Shown one piece after another: positions 1 through 15,912 of a stretch of 64,000 bases of DNA. The translations under genes were made by a program, and so were the position numbers. The DNA is taken from NCBI GenBank assembly GCA_963693365.1, contig CAVNZM010000002.1:12270328-12334327 (forward strand). Reading direction: 5' to 3'. The notes below the pieces were generated by a model that did no database searches, was not told the origin of the DNA, and worked only from the letters and a program-made list of their open reading frames with translations. Positions within the stretch are counted from its first letter, which is position 1. Each line of letters opens with the position of its first letter. Source of the DNA: Amoebidium appalachense. Lineage: Eukaryota > Protista > Ichthyosporea.

Positions 1-1142
1 ACGTAAATGTATACATCCACATGACACACGTACGCGCACCCGGCGCACGCAAGCGCGTAGGCTACTCAGCGTAGTACTCCGTGACGGTCCCACGTGCACG
101 GACGCGCTCGGAGCTCCGCCGCTCAGGCACGAATAGCCGGGCAGGCGCTGATCATCATAGTCTGACGCCAGCAGCAGAGGATCTAGAGCTAGATCTCCTA
201 TGCCAATCATTGAGAGATTTGCCAGAGAATCTTCACGAAACTTTGATCTTGTAGATCCGGTATACAGCCGCACACTGGCTGCTGACGCGGGCCGCAGTCA
301 CAGTGAGTGCATGGGCTGCACGACGCGTGCGGCACGCACAGTCTCGAAGTGTGTCACTTACAGCTTTTGATAGGCACTTACCTTTGCGCATACCATGTTT
401 CCGTGCCGTACATATAAGAAGTATTTGCTAGCGTGATATTCATGTTAACACAAAGATGAAATCACAAAATAGAAAGTATGTGTACACATGTGCATCATGT
501 GCATGCCTGACTGATCATGCATGTGCCCATGATCCAATAGACTCTACGCACATCGTGTGCGCCGTGCGGGGTAGGGGAACGCACATCATGTGGGCCGTGG
601 ACGTCATGTCCCGTGTACTTATGACACATCGTATACATACATGTTGTGCCCACGTACGTAAGGTGCCCATTATGTACGTGAATATGTACGTGAAACTGGC
701 CCATTTTCTCATTCAAGAGGCTGTGGAGCTCGTCTCTTGAACACTCATGACAAAAGCCTCACGTTCGTTAGATCTTACGTGAATTCGAACCTGACAGTGA
801 TATTCAAGAAAATTGTGGAGCCTTGTGTTCCGTTTTACACGATTCGGAACCTGAAAAGGCTTTGGGATACAGGACATGCCTTGAAATATTGTGAGAGTTT
901 CGGAGGTTTCCCACGTGCTGCTCAGGATCTGACTGGTGCCGCTGCTTGGCGTATGCTCTCTATAGAATCTGTACTGAATATATAAATATATCATATCTCT
1001 CCCTCTCTCGCTCTCTCTGTCTCTCTCTGTCTCTCTCTTCCTCTCTCCCTCTCTCTCCCTCTCTTTCTCTCTGTCTCTCTCCCCCCCTCCCCCCCCCCCC
1101 CCCTCCTCCCCCCCCCCTCTCACTCTCTCTTTTACCCCCCCC

Positions 1143-1225
<83 letters not shown>

Positions 1226-1339
1226 CTTCCATCGCTCCCTCTCTCTCACCCGTCACCCCTTTCCTTCCCTTTCTTTCCCCTCTCTCACTCCATATTCTCT
1301 TTCTCCTCTCTCGATCTCTCTTTCCCTCTCTCTCTCTCG

Positions 1340-1422
<83 letters not shown>

Positions 1423-1476
1423 TCTCTCCCTTTTCCTGCCTTTCTCACGCCCTCTCCCTCTTTCTCCCCCTCCAAG

Positions 1477-1509
<33 letters not shown>

Positions 1510-2229
1510 TTCTGTTCAAGTGTCTTCTGCCTGCACGCTTAAATTGCTTGATTTTGGATTTCACACTTTTGTGACGTTTTGTTGTTGCTCTTTGTTGTCT
1601 CCTCGATATTTCAAACCCTCCAACGCATACATCATCCCCCCTCCCCCCCCCCCCCCCCTCCTCTCTCTTCTTTCCGCCCTCCCTCTCCCTCCCCCCCCCC
1701 CCCCCCTCCCTTCCCTCAACCTCTCCCCCTCCCCTATATTCCCCTCCTCCTTCCTTCTCCTCTCTTCTCTCCCCCCACCTCCCCCCCTTCATCATTTACC
1801 CCCCTCCTTTTTTCTTTGTAGTGTGTGCGCTGGGGGAAGAGGAGGGGAGGGGAGGAGGGGCGGTCTAATTTGAAGATCTTCATTGGGTTGCATGCCTAAG
1901 GATCGAAGGTAGACATGCCTCACTGAATGGCCAACCTTCAGGCACTTCCTGCATTCACCTAGATATAGTTGACGTAACAGACCGTCGTTTTCTTTCCACC
2001 TGCCACAACACGTGCACACACACGCACACGCACACACACACGCACACGCACGCACGCACGCACACACACACACAACCATCCGCACACACACACACACGCA
2101 CGCGCACAAGCGTGCACGCACGCACGCACGCACGCACACACACACAGACATACACACACGCACAAGCGTGCACACACACACACAGACACGCACACACGCA
2201 CAAGGGTGCATGCGCGCGCGCACGCGCGC

Positions 2230-2340
<111 letters not shown>

Positions 2341-2350
2341 CAACACACAG

Positions 2351-4034
<1,684 letters not shown>

Positions 4035-4279
4035 GTCTTGGTATTAAATTTTTTTTTTTGGTTATACTATATGATAGTTCATTAGTAGCCCTGCTTTCCC
4101 GCTCTTTGCCTGGCTAATTGAATATAGGTGTTGTGTTTGGAAAGAATGTTCGGGATCGGGACGGGGGGAATGGGGGGGGGTTTGGTTTGAGTCCGCCAAT
4201 ATGTATTACATGAAGGTCCCCAATGTTCTTTCTTCACTTCCCTTGTCTTCCTTTTTTTCCACTACTACCCCCCCCCCCC

Positions 4280-4320
<41 letters not shown>

Positions 4321-4569
4321 TTTTCACGCGTGTTTGCTTGTCTCTGTACGCTTACAACTTGAAGTATTCAAGACTAATGGCAATAGGCCACACCACGGAT
4401 ACGCATCCCCCCTTGCACTTTTTCAATGATACCCCTAGGTGCTATATCATACCCGTATGTGAATGAAGGCATGTATCACTGAGGGAGTGTCAGTGGTTGC
4501 GGGGGGTTTCGGGGAGGGGAGAGAGAGGGGAGGGGGGGGGGGTAGGGAGGGGGTGTCCATGGTGTAGTG

Positions 4570-4646
<77 letters not shown>

Positions 4647-5368
4647 TCTGTGTGTGTCACGGTGTGGCTGTGTATGTATTGGCCGACTCTTTACTTTCCC
4701 GGCCCTGTTCCAGTGTTGCGGCGAAGGGGGGGGGAGGGGGGGGGGGGGGGGGGGGGGGGGGGATTACCCCCCGGTTTCAAGATATTCATATGTTATACTA
4801 AAGTTTCTTAGACTAGTAATAGTAGGTTTTTGACACTACTTGACGATCATAGCCACGGTGGTGCCAGCAGCAATAGGCACGGTGCAGTTTGCGGCACTGA
4901 ATGGGCCACAATTACGTGAGGCCGTGTCGTACACCGCCACCTGGCACTTGGGCTGCTCCCGGCACCAGCCTATGCATGCCCACAGATTCGTTGCCAGGAT
5001 ATTTGCCCCGATACGGGCCGCTTTAGGGCAGGTTGAGCCCTGGCCCACCTCTGTAAAGTGCCACGGTGGAGTTGATTGATTAGTTTTTGTTATCAATGTC
5101 AACTAATGGAGATTGAATGTCGCAACTGTATATGTATGGGGCTAACGATTCAAAATGCTCTTTACAAGTTGTTGAAGGTGTTGCCGTTCGGTGCTACAAC
5201 TCTATAAGCATGTATCAGGCTGCTGTGCACATTACTCAAAGGCGTGTCCTGCACTCAGGATTGCAAGGTTTCATTTGGCAGGGTGATTTCGTGAATTCAA
5301 CTACTAATAGGATGTCACCGGCTAGCCGAAAAAGAAAGTTCGAGAGCTGAAAGACAATGAGGTGTACA

Positions 5369-5440
<72 letters not shown>

Positions 5441-5529
5441 CGTGCCGCACGGTGTGTGTCAGTGTGTGTGTGTGTGTGTGTGTGTGTGTACATTGCTACA
5501 TGTGTCAATGTTAGAGTCACGAGTGTGTG

Positions 5530-5561
<32 letters not shown>

Positions 5562-5599
5562 CGGGTGCGTGTGTGTGTTTGTGTGTGTGCGGGTGCGGG

Positions 5600-5685
<86 letters not shown>

Positions 5686-5783
5686 ATTGCTACATGTGTC
5701 AATGTTAGAGTCGCGAATGTGTGTACGCGCGCGCACGCGTGTGTGTGTGTCAGTGTGTGTGTGTGTCACAGTGTGTGTGTGTT

Positions 5784-5833
<50 letters not shown>

Positions 5834-6908
5834 GGGAAGGCCGGGGGGGGAGGGGGGGGGGGGGGGGGGGGCCATAAAGACTACACCTACTTGCCAATGA
5901 GAAGGTTATGGCGCCATACATTGGAGTTTTCTGCACACAGTAGGGCGATGTAAAGCACGTCTGAAACTGTGCCAGGTAGGTGGCAAACTGGCAGCCAGTG
6001 GTGTTGTAGCATTTGTCAACACAGCTCTGCTCGGTCCTGATTCCATAAAACGACTGCAATCTGACAGTGCTTTCGTTGACGGTTACCGGCTTGCAGATTA
6101 AATCCAAGAGCGTGTGGGCTGAGGGTAGGGGGATGGGAACGCATCTTGTCTTATCTGCGCTCAGCATGTAGCCCCTTGTGCACACGCACTCATAGGTGGA
6201 CACTAGGTTGATGCAGGTAGCGTTGACAGGGCAAGGGTTACTCTTGCACTTGTTGACGGGGTTAGTGGTCGCTGTTGCCCTTGTGGTGCTGGTGCTGGTT
6301 GTGGTGGTAGTGCCCAGAGTTTGTGATTGGGTTGTTTTAACAGTGGTAGCAATAGTGGTGGTTGTGGTAGTGGTGGCAGCAGCGGTGGACGTAGTGGTAG
6401 TGATCGATTTGGTTGTGGTTGTGGTGACAGCGGCAACACTGGCTTCGGTGGTGGTAGTGTTCGTTGTGGTTGCTGTGGTTGTTGTTGTTGTTGCGTGGTG
6501 GTGGGTGGTATCTTACAAATCCGGGTCCCGGTGTTATCGGTGACGCGCTCTGCAGCGGGGTTGTTGCACGAACACGTGAAGGAGCCTACGGTGTTGACGC
6601 ATGTGGCGTCGCGGAAAAACATGGGACAGTAGGCACCATTCCAGAGCGAGGAGCATTCATTACGATCCTCTGTTAGGAAAGAGAAACTTTTAGTAACATT
6701 GGTAAGAATGTGTTCTTTCTTAGGCGATTCCGGGAAGGAGTCCGATTGGCAACGCATTGCAGTGAGTACATATCTGCAATGAAGAGAAAGGTTTACTGCT
6801 ATAGCTACTTCAAACACATTGGCCTGCGGGACAGAAAACCCGTTGGTGTTACTGGGGAGTCTGCAAGAACGAACAATATATGAGAAACACATCATGACAA
6901 AAGTCTAG

Positions 6909-7002
<94 letters not shown>

Positions 7003-7011
7003 AGCAGCTGA

Positions 7012-7238
7012 TACCGAGTGTCCCAGGGGAGCCCGGAAAAAAAAAAAAAAAAAAAAAGGGAAACCCAATTAATTGATTTTCTTAGTCTTTATGGCCCGCT
7101 TCGTAGAGTAAGAAAACCCTGATATATATCAACACCCGACATCTATGTACTTGATCATGATATACCGCTGAGGGGATATTCCGAGCAAAAACCCCCATAC
7201 CTGAGACTGGTCTCTCTTTGCCTCGAGTAAACAGCGAT
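7012..7238. mobile_element. Truncated Tc1/mariner-like terminal fragment, dispersed repeat copy 1
   Basis: Begins TA|CCGAGTGTCCCAG, resembling mariner-type TA|CAGGGTGTCCCA ends; close copy at 29489-29708; no second TIR seen. Confidence 0.45.
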
Positions 7239-7555
7239 AACCCCAACAAGATATGGCATCTCTTCATTTCGATTTTTCAAACTATACACTTTGTTAATTT
7301 TCTTTTCCCGTAGTGTATGTGGTGGTAGTGTCGTTGTTGGAGGTCCGGAACAGAGGGTGGGTGGGTGGGTGGACATATGGGTGGGTTGAGGGAGGAGCGA
7401 GGGGCGGGGGGTGGGGGTGGGGGGGGGGGGGGTAACGTCCGCGTGACTGTTGGTGTTGTGTGCCCGGGTATGGCTACCCCCCCCCCCCCCCCCCCCCCCC
7501 CACCCACCCTCACTGACAAACGCCACAGGAATACGATTTACTAGGTATTACTTAT

Positions 7556-7589
<34 letters not shown>

Positions 7590-8186
7590 GGGGAGGGGGG
7601 GGGGGGGGGGGAGAGAGAGGGGGGGGGTTGAAGGATTGAGATTTGCGAGACAGCAAACGTAGCAATAATTTATAAGATGTCATACAAATGGCCACGGCAA
7701 AGATTTGCTTGAACTGGGCCTTTCCGGGTACGCACAGGCACACACTCGCCGACCGAACATAAACATATGGCATGGAATAAAGTCTGCATGTAGCGAAAGA
7801 CAAGAACCTACCACAGTACAGTGTCTTTTTGCCACTGTAATCCACACTTGACTGCAGGTCGAAGCCCTTGCGGAGGCATTTACACTGACACCTGTACATC
7901 ATATCGGATATTAGGCTTTAACGCATATGCTATCCAGTGGGCATATGTTTCCCTCGCGAGCGCACTCGGTATGATTCGCCGATGTTGGTAGGGGTGGTGG
8001 TGAGGGTCTAGGTGGTGAGACACATTACATGCCAAATCTGTTCGAAGTAACATATTGGCCTGGGAGAGTGCAGTTGCAAGAATAGGAGCCCGGCAGGTTG
8101 GTGCAGGTGGCTAGAAAGGTTGGGCAGTAAAAGGCTCCGAGTGAACACTCATCAATGTCCCCTGTGGAAACCGACCATAAAAGGTG

Positions 8187-8245
8187 TGTACATACGGATG
8201 CCGTTCGCCACTTTCAGACCCCCCCCCCCCCCCCCCCCCCCCCCC

Positions 8246-8293
<48 letters not shown>

Positions 8294-8310
8294 CCCCCCC
8301 GGCCCGCGCC

Positions 8311-8341
<31 letters not shown>

Positions 8342-8570
8342 AGATGTGGTCGCGGTGCATATTCTCGTTTTTTTTTTTTTGGACGGTCGCTGTAATGTTG
8401 GCGGTCGAGCATGATTTATTATGATTCAGTAGGCAGCCCACCATCAAGAACATCCCAGAATCTGGCCGTGGTGCATATATTGTTTTTTTAAAAAAAACCC
8501 CAAATGCATATGGCCTCTAGCGTATTCTTATTGGCGGGTATTCTTAATGGTGGACGGTATGTGTACTGTA
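8187..8570. mobile_element. Possible degenerate Tc1/pogo-like MITE in copy A intron 2
   Basis: Right end ...GGACGGTATGTGTACTG|TA imperfectly complements left TA|CATACGGATGCCGTTC; absent from the paralogous intron of copy B. Confidence 0.35.
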
Positions 8571-8964
8571 GATGGTTAGCTGAGGAACACTAATAGCATC
8601 ACCGTGGTTGGCACGTTTCGTGACCTCGGCTTAGGCACAAGAACAGAAAAAAACAACTAATCTCATTCACACAGGAAAGTTAAGTCGGTTAGGTAGTGTG
8701 GCACGGACTAGCACTTTAACATCTGATAGGCAACATGTGCATGTGCACTGCACCTAGCACTACCAGACGCCCCTGCAACCTCCGTTGACTCGTAACCCTG
8801 GGGGCATTCACATACGTAGCCGTCTGCTCCCAGAGGAATGCACGTGCTTTCGGCTGGACGTTTGTGGTTTATCCCTGCATCCAAACAATCATCTGCAAGT
8901 AGACAATAGATGAGAGTCAAAATATAATATTAAGGAACTTCAACGCTTGACTTCCCAGGCATTA

Positions 8965-10081
8965 GGGCCTGTTTGGTAGCGCGCTAAATACGGTTTTTTA
9001 TCGTATTTGTCTAGTAGGGCCTAAATACGTATACGATCCCGTGGCATGCCAAACACGCCGCGGGCTTTTATTTTTTGTAAATACGATAGGGATCGCTTTT
9101 ATATCGTATTTACGAAAGTACGAAAATCACCTCCGGAGGTGATTTTCGTAAATACGATATAGGAAATTAGCCAATCAGAGCATTTCGCATCATTTATTGG
9201 CTATCAGCTAGCCAATGGTACAGCGTAAGCCGCGGCGGGCACATTTTTACTACAGTATGCATGCCGGCGCATGCACGTGAACAATTCGCTGTTAACAAGA
9301 AGGTCGGTGTCATACACGTCATTTTGTGTACATGCTCAGTTAAAATTGGCACATGAATTTGGGCTGCACAGGTAAGACAGAGGACGAGGAACCCTACACG
9401 GTACCTATTGATAGTCTCCGTGCTGTGTTGTAGATCCTCGGCCGTCCTGCGAACCGAGTCGCCATGCCCAAGAATAAGCATCAGTAGACACACGATCTCT
9501 TCAACGTCCATGTGCGCACTCTCTTTCACGTAAGGCCGCATCTCTTCAATTTACTGGCTTATGGCTTCGGGGCTTGCGCGCATGATGTGCAAAACACGAC
9601 GAGGGTGTCCCGATTCTAACAGCTCACGAACATTTTCCTTTCCAGAGAATGAGCGTGTGTTTTGCTGCTCTGCTTGTTTTCAGATGCATATTGCATAACA
9701 ATTGCTGCGCCAGCAGCGGCACACACCACCGCAATAACTGGCAGTATCCCTTTAATAACAGACATTCTGACCTATTGTTAAACAGAGTAAGACTCACTGT
9801 CGGTGACTCGTTTTTGCCGTTCGCTGTAATACAGCTGCACCAGCCTACAATATATGCAGGGCGCATACCGAAGGATGATCAATGGGTGCGAATAGGGCCA
9901 ATCAGATCTCGTGAACCATGTATCGACATTTTATGTGACCAGTCACGCCTGACAGCGTTTGGAAGGAACCAACCGTATTTAGGCCCTAAATACGCATACC
10001 ACGATAAATTTTGTAAATACGGTAGATCGTATTTAGGGCCTAAATACGAATACGATTATTGGGGTGCTGCCAAACAGGCCC
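8965..10081 (-). mobile_element. PIF/Harbinger DNA transposon, internally deleted, with transposase N-terminal remnant
   Basis: TIRs GGGCCTGTTTGG / CCAAACAGGCCC flanked by TTA TSD (8962-8964, 10082-10084); minus strand ~9400-9645 encodes SGKENVRELLESGHPRRVLHIMR...*...VEEIVCLLMLILGHGDSVRRTAEDLQHSTETINRY, the Harbinger transposase HTH region; no DDE core; AAATACG subterminal repeats; absent from copy B. Confidence 0.9.
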
Positions 10082-10229
10082 TTAAGTAGTTAAAGATTTA
10101 AACGTTTTTTTCGATGTGGTGGATAGTGATGATGATGCCTTATCCGTTATTGGACTACATGGTCCCTATAGTCAACCCCCCCCCCCCCCCTCCCCCCCCC
10201 CCCCCCCAATAATATATATATATACTTAT

Positions 10230-10267
<38 letters not shown>

Positions 10268-11494
10268 CCTCATGCTGTCATGGCTACTCTGTACACATCA
10301 CATGATGCCATGACTACATGTACAACACATGTACATCAACACCACCCAACCGCTTTATTTAAATGTATGCAGCCAAAAACATACGCATACGTATATACAC
10401 AGTGCACACAGATAGTAGATGTATATTCCTTACCGGCAGTTGCCAACGCCGTGAGTAAACTGCACAGAAGGCCGCAAACAACCAGGCGGAGCCTCGGAAG
10501 AGTCATTTTGGGGCGAAAAGCGGAAAACGAAAGGGTAGATCTAGAAATCCTAAATTTTGTGCAAAGGCTAAGGTCTGACCGGATCCGGATAGCTGGGGTT
10601 GCTTTGCGAACTATAGTAAAGAATAAGGTGTGTTATACGGAGCTGGTTTCACACCCAGAATAACAAAAGGTGCTTATCTTCACGGGATTAGAAGCGAATG
10701 CGTCGTTCTGTGAGTTTCATGAAATTCACGTGTCTGCCGGACACGTACGGAGGGACTCCGGATCTGTTTATATACTTTTACGTTTTATCCTTGGTATGCT
10801 TGGTATGCAGGATTATTCACTGACAACAAACAGCCAGGGTTTGAATTCTTTGTTGTCGCACAGAAAAACTACAACTACCTACGCTTTTGCAGCTTTCTTC
10901 GACCTGGATGGAGACACAGACAGTTCTGCGGCGTATTTTCTTCACAAATTCTCCTTAGGATACATAGGGCCTCTGGTTGACCAACTAATGGGGCCAAACT
11001 GAAAAATCGGGGACACTTTATATATGGGATTTTAGGGTCTCAATTTGCCGCCCTGGCAGGTCACCGCACGCATACATGCATTCCTGCCCATCATGCAATG
11101 TTCGACCAATTATCCTGGCGGCCACCCAAAAAGGAAAAAAAATACGTTTTTTACCTGCAAGAGTATACGCTCTCCAGGCTCCAGCTATTGAAATATGCGG
11201 AATTGAGCTTTATGGCTTATTATTAAATGCTGTAGTATTGCCAATGATGTAATTATAATAAGCACCGAGGGGTATGTTTAGATTTCTGTTTCTGAATCAT
11301 AATGATCATGAGGCCGTGTTGCAATTGCTGCCAGAGATACGAGCAGATCTATAGACGAGAGCACGCGTTGCCAGCTGTGTCATATATGTTGTTTGTTTGC
11401 AACAGTCCACCAGTAGGCTACCAGTACCGTACCTTCATTCTGACTTCCGCTTGTCCGGTCCCGGCCACGGTTGGAAACCCGGATGTGTACACAC

Positions 11495-11613
<119 letters not shown>

Positions 11614-11912
11614 ACTGTGCACGTGTGTGTGTGTGTGTGACAGTGTGTGTCCATGGTGCGTGTGCGTGTGCGTGTGCGTGTGCGTGTGTGCGTGCGTATG
11701 TGTGTGTGCGTGTGCGTGCGTGTGGGTGTTTGTGTGCGCGCGTGCCCGCACATTATTTACTGAAGTATCACTGTTCTTATCATCTTGTGAGTCTGTTATT
11801 ATCTTGTGAGTAGCTATGTGGGTGTGGGTGTGTGATGGTTTTGGTGTTAATTTGTTTTTTTTGTTTTTTTTTTTTTTTTGGGGGGGGGGGGGGGTGATAT
11901 CGTAGTGTGTGT

Positions 11913-11944
<32 letters not shown>

Positions 11945-12008
11945 TGGGTCGGGGAGGGACTGAGAAAGGGAAGAGAGAGAGGGAGAGGAGCGCGCACGCG
12001 CGCCGTGT

Positions 12009-12059
<51 letters not shown>

Positions 12060-12115
12060 ACACGTGAGTGTGCGTACGTGTGTGTGTGCATGTGTGTGTG
12101 TGCGTGCGTGTGTCA

Positions 12116-12177
<62 letters not shown>

Positions 12178-12520
12178 GTGCGCGCGTGCGTATAAATATT
12201 CCATTTATTCTCTTTTCTACATTGACTTTTTTAAATCTGTTGTTGGTGGTGGTAAGAGAGGGGCCGCGGGGCCCGGGGGGGAGGGGGAGAGGGGGGGGGG
12301 GGGGGGGGGGGGGCATAGTGGGGGGGGGGGAGGGGGGGGGGGGCATGTTCCTGGTTGTGTATGTTTGCCTTGTGTAACGAATGCAGGATACGATAGATCA
12401 CACCGTGTAACACACTTTTGTACTAGTACCCGTCAATGAATGAGGGCATGTATCATCTTAAGTGCCCGAGGGATTGTGAGGGGTGGTGATGGTGGTGGTG
12501 GTGGTGGTGGGGGTGGGGGT

Positions 12521-12552
<32 letters not shown>

Positions 12553-12774
12553 CTATTGGCTCAGTGCTGTGTGCAATATCTTTGACTCTTACAATGCTAA
12601 TGCTACAGGGAAGCTGGGGCTCTCCCTGCAGCCAAAATCCTCAACAAGAAACATCGACAATACAGGAAAGAACCCCATCAGGAAGTTGGACCCTTTGTGG
12701 TGACGAAAGGTGCAATGATCTTACCATGTACATGTGGCACTACATATACTGAACTGCATTTGATTGGCTGAGCT

Positions 12775-13680
12775 GGAAAACGCAGTAGGCCGTCAAGTGA
12801 GGCGGGACCCTAGGCAGTGTCCGTTGCAATAAATAGTGCATAAGCCCCCCCGATCTCTAAGCCATGAATCATTGTGGCACAAGTGCTGCAAAAAAGCCCC
12901 CCCGCCCTTCCAACCCCAAAACACACATACACAGTCAGACAGACACACATGGCCACAAACACACATACACATGTGTTCGTACAGCTAGACGCACGCGCAG
13001 GCGAACACCCACACCCACACACACACAGTCACGCATATGCATACGCACACACAAACCACAAACACACAAACTCGAGCTCGTACACACACACTCACACACA
13101 CACTCATTATCCCCCTTAAACCTTTCCACGACTCACGCCAGGCCCCCCCCTTTCTGCGTTTCCTTTACCCAGCTTTTATTGGCCCAAAAACGGCTAATTG
13201 AAGCCGCAAGTCCCGAGCCAGCCTTTGAAGGATTGATTGTGTCTAGTATATGTGTGGCTATCCGGAGGATGTGTGAGTGTACTAGTTCACGGGGTGCAGG
13301 TGTGTTAATCTACGTGCAAAGCATGTGATGTGATATAGCATCAGTGTGTCTGTGTGTGTGCGTATGAAGTTATTCTTTTATTGCCATTGATGGTGAGTGC
13401 CTTCGCTTGTGTAGCGTGGTGTCTGCAAAGTATATATGCGGCATAGAGTACTACACAGTATCAAACTATGAAAAAAAAATAATTCCGTTACAGCGCATAA
13501 ACATAGTTATAACGTATTATGATACTTCAGTCACAGTGGCACAAAAACATGCGCATGTCGTGTACTACTACTAGTTTCGCTCTACATTAACAATAGCCAG
13601 GTGACAAATCGATACGAGCTCGAGTTTGTGTGTTTGGGTCACTAGGGTCCCGCCTCACTTGACGGCCTACTGCGTTTTCC
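12775..13680. repeat. Nested inverted repeats: 39 bp (12775-12813 / 13642-13680) and 24 bp (13059-13082 / 13613-13636)
   Basis: GGAAAACGCAGTAGGCCGTCAAGTGAGGCGGGACCCTAG is the exact reverse complement of 13642-13680; related sequence also at ~30495-30560. Confidence 0.85.
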
Positions 13681-13827
13681 TACTGCTACTACTAAAAAAA
13701 AGGAACAGTGCCCTGCATAAACAGAACTCTCTGTGTTTATAATTCCCTGATCTGTTTGTAAAAGGGGGCCAGATAGGCCCTTGTTGCATATTCATGTTTT
13801 TCCTATTACTGAATAACATAAACCGAA

Positions 13828-14230
13828 TTACTTGACGATCATAGCCACGGTGGTTGATGCAACGATCGGCACGGTGCAGTTTGCGGCACTGAATGGGCCG
13901 CAATTACGCGAGGCCATGTCGTACACCGCCACCTGGCACTTGGGCTGCTGCCGGCACCAGCCAATGCACGTCCACAGATTCGTGGCCCGGATGTTGGCAC
14001 CGACACGGGCCGCTGCTGGGCAGGTGGAACCCTTGACAGCCTCTGCAATTTGTGGTTAGGTCTATAAATTTTGACGGCGTAATTTGATTGATTCATTTTA
14101 GCACTCAGAATTGAGTTTCGTTTGGCAGGGTGATAGTACTAAGTTTGGCTTGGTATGTCAGCTACAGTAGCTGAGAAGAAGCTCGAGTGCACAAGGGCAA
14201 TGACTGAGATGTGTGTGTCTACTGTGTGTC

Positions 14231-14288
<58 letters not shown>

Positions 14289-14345
14289 CATGTGTGTGCG
14301 TGTGTGTGTGTGTGTAATGTGGAACCCTGCGTGGAGGGGGGTAGG

Positions 14346-14381
<36 letters not shown>

Positions 14382-15856
14382 TAGGCATGATAACCTACTT
14401 GCCAATGTGTAGGTTGTGGCGCCAAACATTGGGACTCTCTGCACACAGTAGGGCGAGGTAAAGCACGTCTGAAACTGTGGGAGGTAGGTGGCAAACTGGC
14501 AGCCAGTGGTGTTGTAGCACTTATCAACACATCCCTGGGCCGTGCGGATTCCAGAGAAAGACCACCCTCGGACAGTGCTTCCGTTGACAGCTACAGGCTT
14601 ACAGATAGAATTCCATAGAGTGCGGGCAGAGGGTAGGGGGATGCGAACACATCTTTTCTTGTCTGCGCTCAGCGTGTAACCCGTCTTGCACACGCACTTG
14701 TAGGTGGTGACTAGGTTGATGCAGGTAGCGTTGACAGGGCAAGGATTGCTCTTGCACCTATTGACGGGGGTCGGTTTGGGGGTCGCCATCGTCTTTGTTG
14801 TGGTGCGAGTAGTGGTGGTGCGGGAAGCCACGGTTTGTAGTTGGGTTGCTTTGGAGGTGGTGGTAGTGGTTGTTGTAGTGGTGGTGGTGGTGGTGGTGGT
14901 GGTGGTGGATGTAGTGGTCGCATTGGATGTGGTGGTCGATTCGGTTGCGGTGGTATTGGTGGTATTATTGGTGGTATTATTGGTGGTGGTTTCCTCCGTG
15001 GTGGTGTTGGTTGTTGTTTCGGTGGTATTACTGGTGGTGGTTTCCTCCGTGGTGTTGTTAGTTGTTGTTTCGGTGGTATTGTTGGTGGTGGTTTCCTCCG
15101 TGGTGGTGTTGGTTGTTGTTTCGGTGGTATTATTGGTGGTGGTTTCCTCCGTGGTGGTGTTGGTTGTTGTTTCGGTGGTATTATTGGTGGTGGTTCCTCC
15201 GTGGTGGTGTTGGTTGTTGTTTCGGTGGTGGTGGTGGTGGGTGGTGCACAACTCTTGCTACCGAAGCTATCAGTTTCGAGTACTGCGCCTGGGTCGTTGC
15301 ACGAGCACGTGAAGGAGCCCGGGGTGTTGGTGCATGTGGCATCGTTAGACATGGGGAAGTAGACTCCATTCCAGCGGGACAAGCACTCATCGCGGTCCAC
15401 TGTGATGGAAGAAAATTGAAAGTTTTGGATTAGTTCATTTGGTAAAAAAAAAAAATTGCAGAATTTAGGTATCATAATGTGAACCAAGGGGGATTGGGAG
15501 TCTTCTAGGTATATCTGAGACAATGACAAATGTATGTAATGGACGAGAGATTTTTTGGATTAGTTAATCTGAAAGAAGGGGCTGATTTCCGGTAATATCA
15601 TCACAGTGCAAATCGAGCGGGATTGAGAGTCTTCTAGGATTATCTGAGATAGTGGCAAATATGTAAAGGTTGACTGAGACTCGGTCTGATGACTTTGTGA
15701 AGCCGAATAATTGATTATGATTTCGTATGATTGGCTGGATGCTAGTAAGAACAAGCCAGAAGAGAACGTCTCTTCACTTCGGTTGTGCAAACTCGTTGGT
15801 TTCTTCTTTCATTTTCATTTTCATTCTTTTTTTTTTGGTGCTGTTGGTGTTGGGGG

Positions 15857-15912
<56 letters not shown>

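Larger units (their letters stand above)
4836..10506 (-). pseudogene. Secreted EGF/cbEGF + Thr-rich mucin + 2x PAN/apple protein, copy A (exons 10434-10506, 8749-8892, 7812-8161, 5891-6669, 4836-5050); probably disabled
   Basis: Signal peptide MTLPRLRLVVCGLLCSLLTALATA; exon-by-exon paralogy with copy B; in-frame TAA at 8025-8027 where B has CAG; EGF Cys>Arg (NHKRPAESTC vs NHKCPAESTC); exons 3 (350 nt) and 4 (779 nt) are each 1 nt short of frame. Confidence 0.75.

Noticed and set aside
1870-2000. Minus-strand peptide [19 protein letters not shown]...
   Set aside because: No recognisable family and no partner exons
8025-8027. TAA aligned to Gln in the paralogue, suggesting TAR=Gln recoding
   Set aside because: Other genes end at TAG/TAA in the expected positions and use CAA/CAG for Gln; a nonsense mutation is simpler
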